Origin: Rhina ancylostomus
Taxonomy: Eukaryota
Direction: 5' to 3'
Length of the DNA stretch: 62,617 nucleotides
Assembly: GCA_030265395.1 (NCBI GenBank)
Contig: JARFYF010000051.1
Location: forward strand, 35,250,079 to 35,312,695
Of this stretch, positions 62,436 to 62,617 are shown piece after piece. The notes beneath the pieces are model-generated. The model saw only the letters and a list, made by a program, of their open reading frames with translations, ran no database searches and had not been told where the DNA came from. The position numbers and the translations under genes are program-made. Every line of letters begins with the position of its first letter. Position 1 is the stretch's first letter.

Positions 62436-62617
62436 TGTTGTAGTATGAAAGGCCAGGGGTCAGATGACAGAGACAACACTACTGACCCCCATGGTCAGAT
62501 GGAAGCAGGTTCGGAAGCTATACCACCGTCAATCAAGGGTCCGGCTCCGCCCCACCTATCAAAGAGTACACCTGAGGATTGGCCATAACCCACCTTTGCT
62601 CTTGACCCTGAATCATT

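Noticed and set aside
1-62617. CRISPR array, rRNA, operon, transposase or Ig/TCR segments
   Set aside because: I saw no repeat-spacer periodicity, rRNA-like sequence, DDE motifs, V-segment ORFs or heptamer-nonamer pairs by eye.

Overview
Eukaryotic, AT-rich, CpG-depleted vertebrate genomic DNA from a gapped draft scaffold (8 N-runs of 36-161 nt). The repeat complement points to a cartilaginous fish, probably a ray or shark (inference): HE1/V-SINE-type tRNA SINEs, HER1/CR1 LINEs, Deu-domain SINEs, Rex1/Babar tails and Penelope-like remnants. No intact host protein-coding ORF is visible. Every recognisable protein motif in the ORF track is a decayed retroelement piece (CR1 endonuclease/RT, a second CR1/L2-group RT, Rex1 C-terminus, Penelope GIY-YIG). 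The window looks like a very large intron or gene desert. Best observations: (1) a ~350-bp fold-back inverted repeat at 51809-52155 with a 75-bp perfect core; (2) candidate + strand microexons with good splice signals at 6541-6556, 20347-20390 and 24559-24576 that splice into one open frame; (3) a Penelope-derived terminal-repeat family with decayed minimal hammerhead-ribozyme cores, several times arranged as short palindromic units; (4) one SINE body carrying three different LINE-derived tails, whose partner LINE ends are also present; (5) candidate regulatory motifs in repeat-poor blocks. I cannot demonstrate a new biological system from sequence alone. Repeat boundaries are approximate (about +/-20 bp) and family names come from motif recognition, not a database search.
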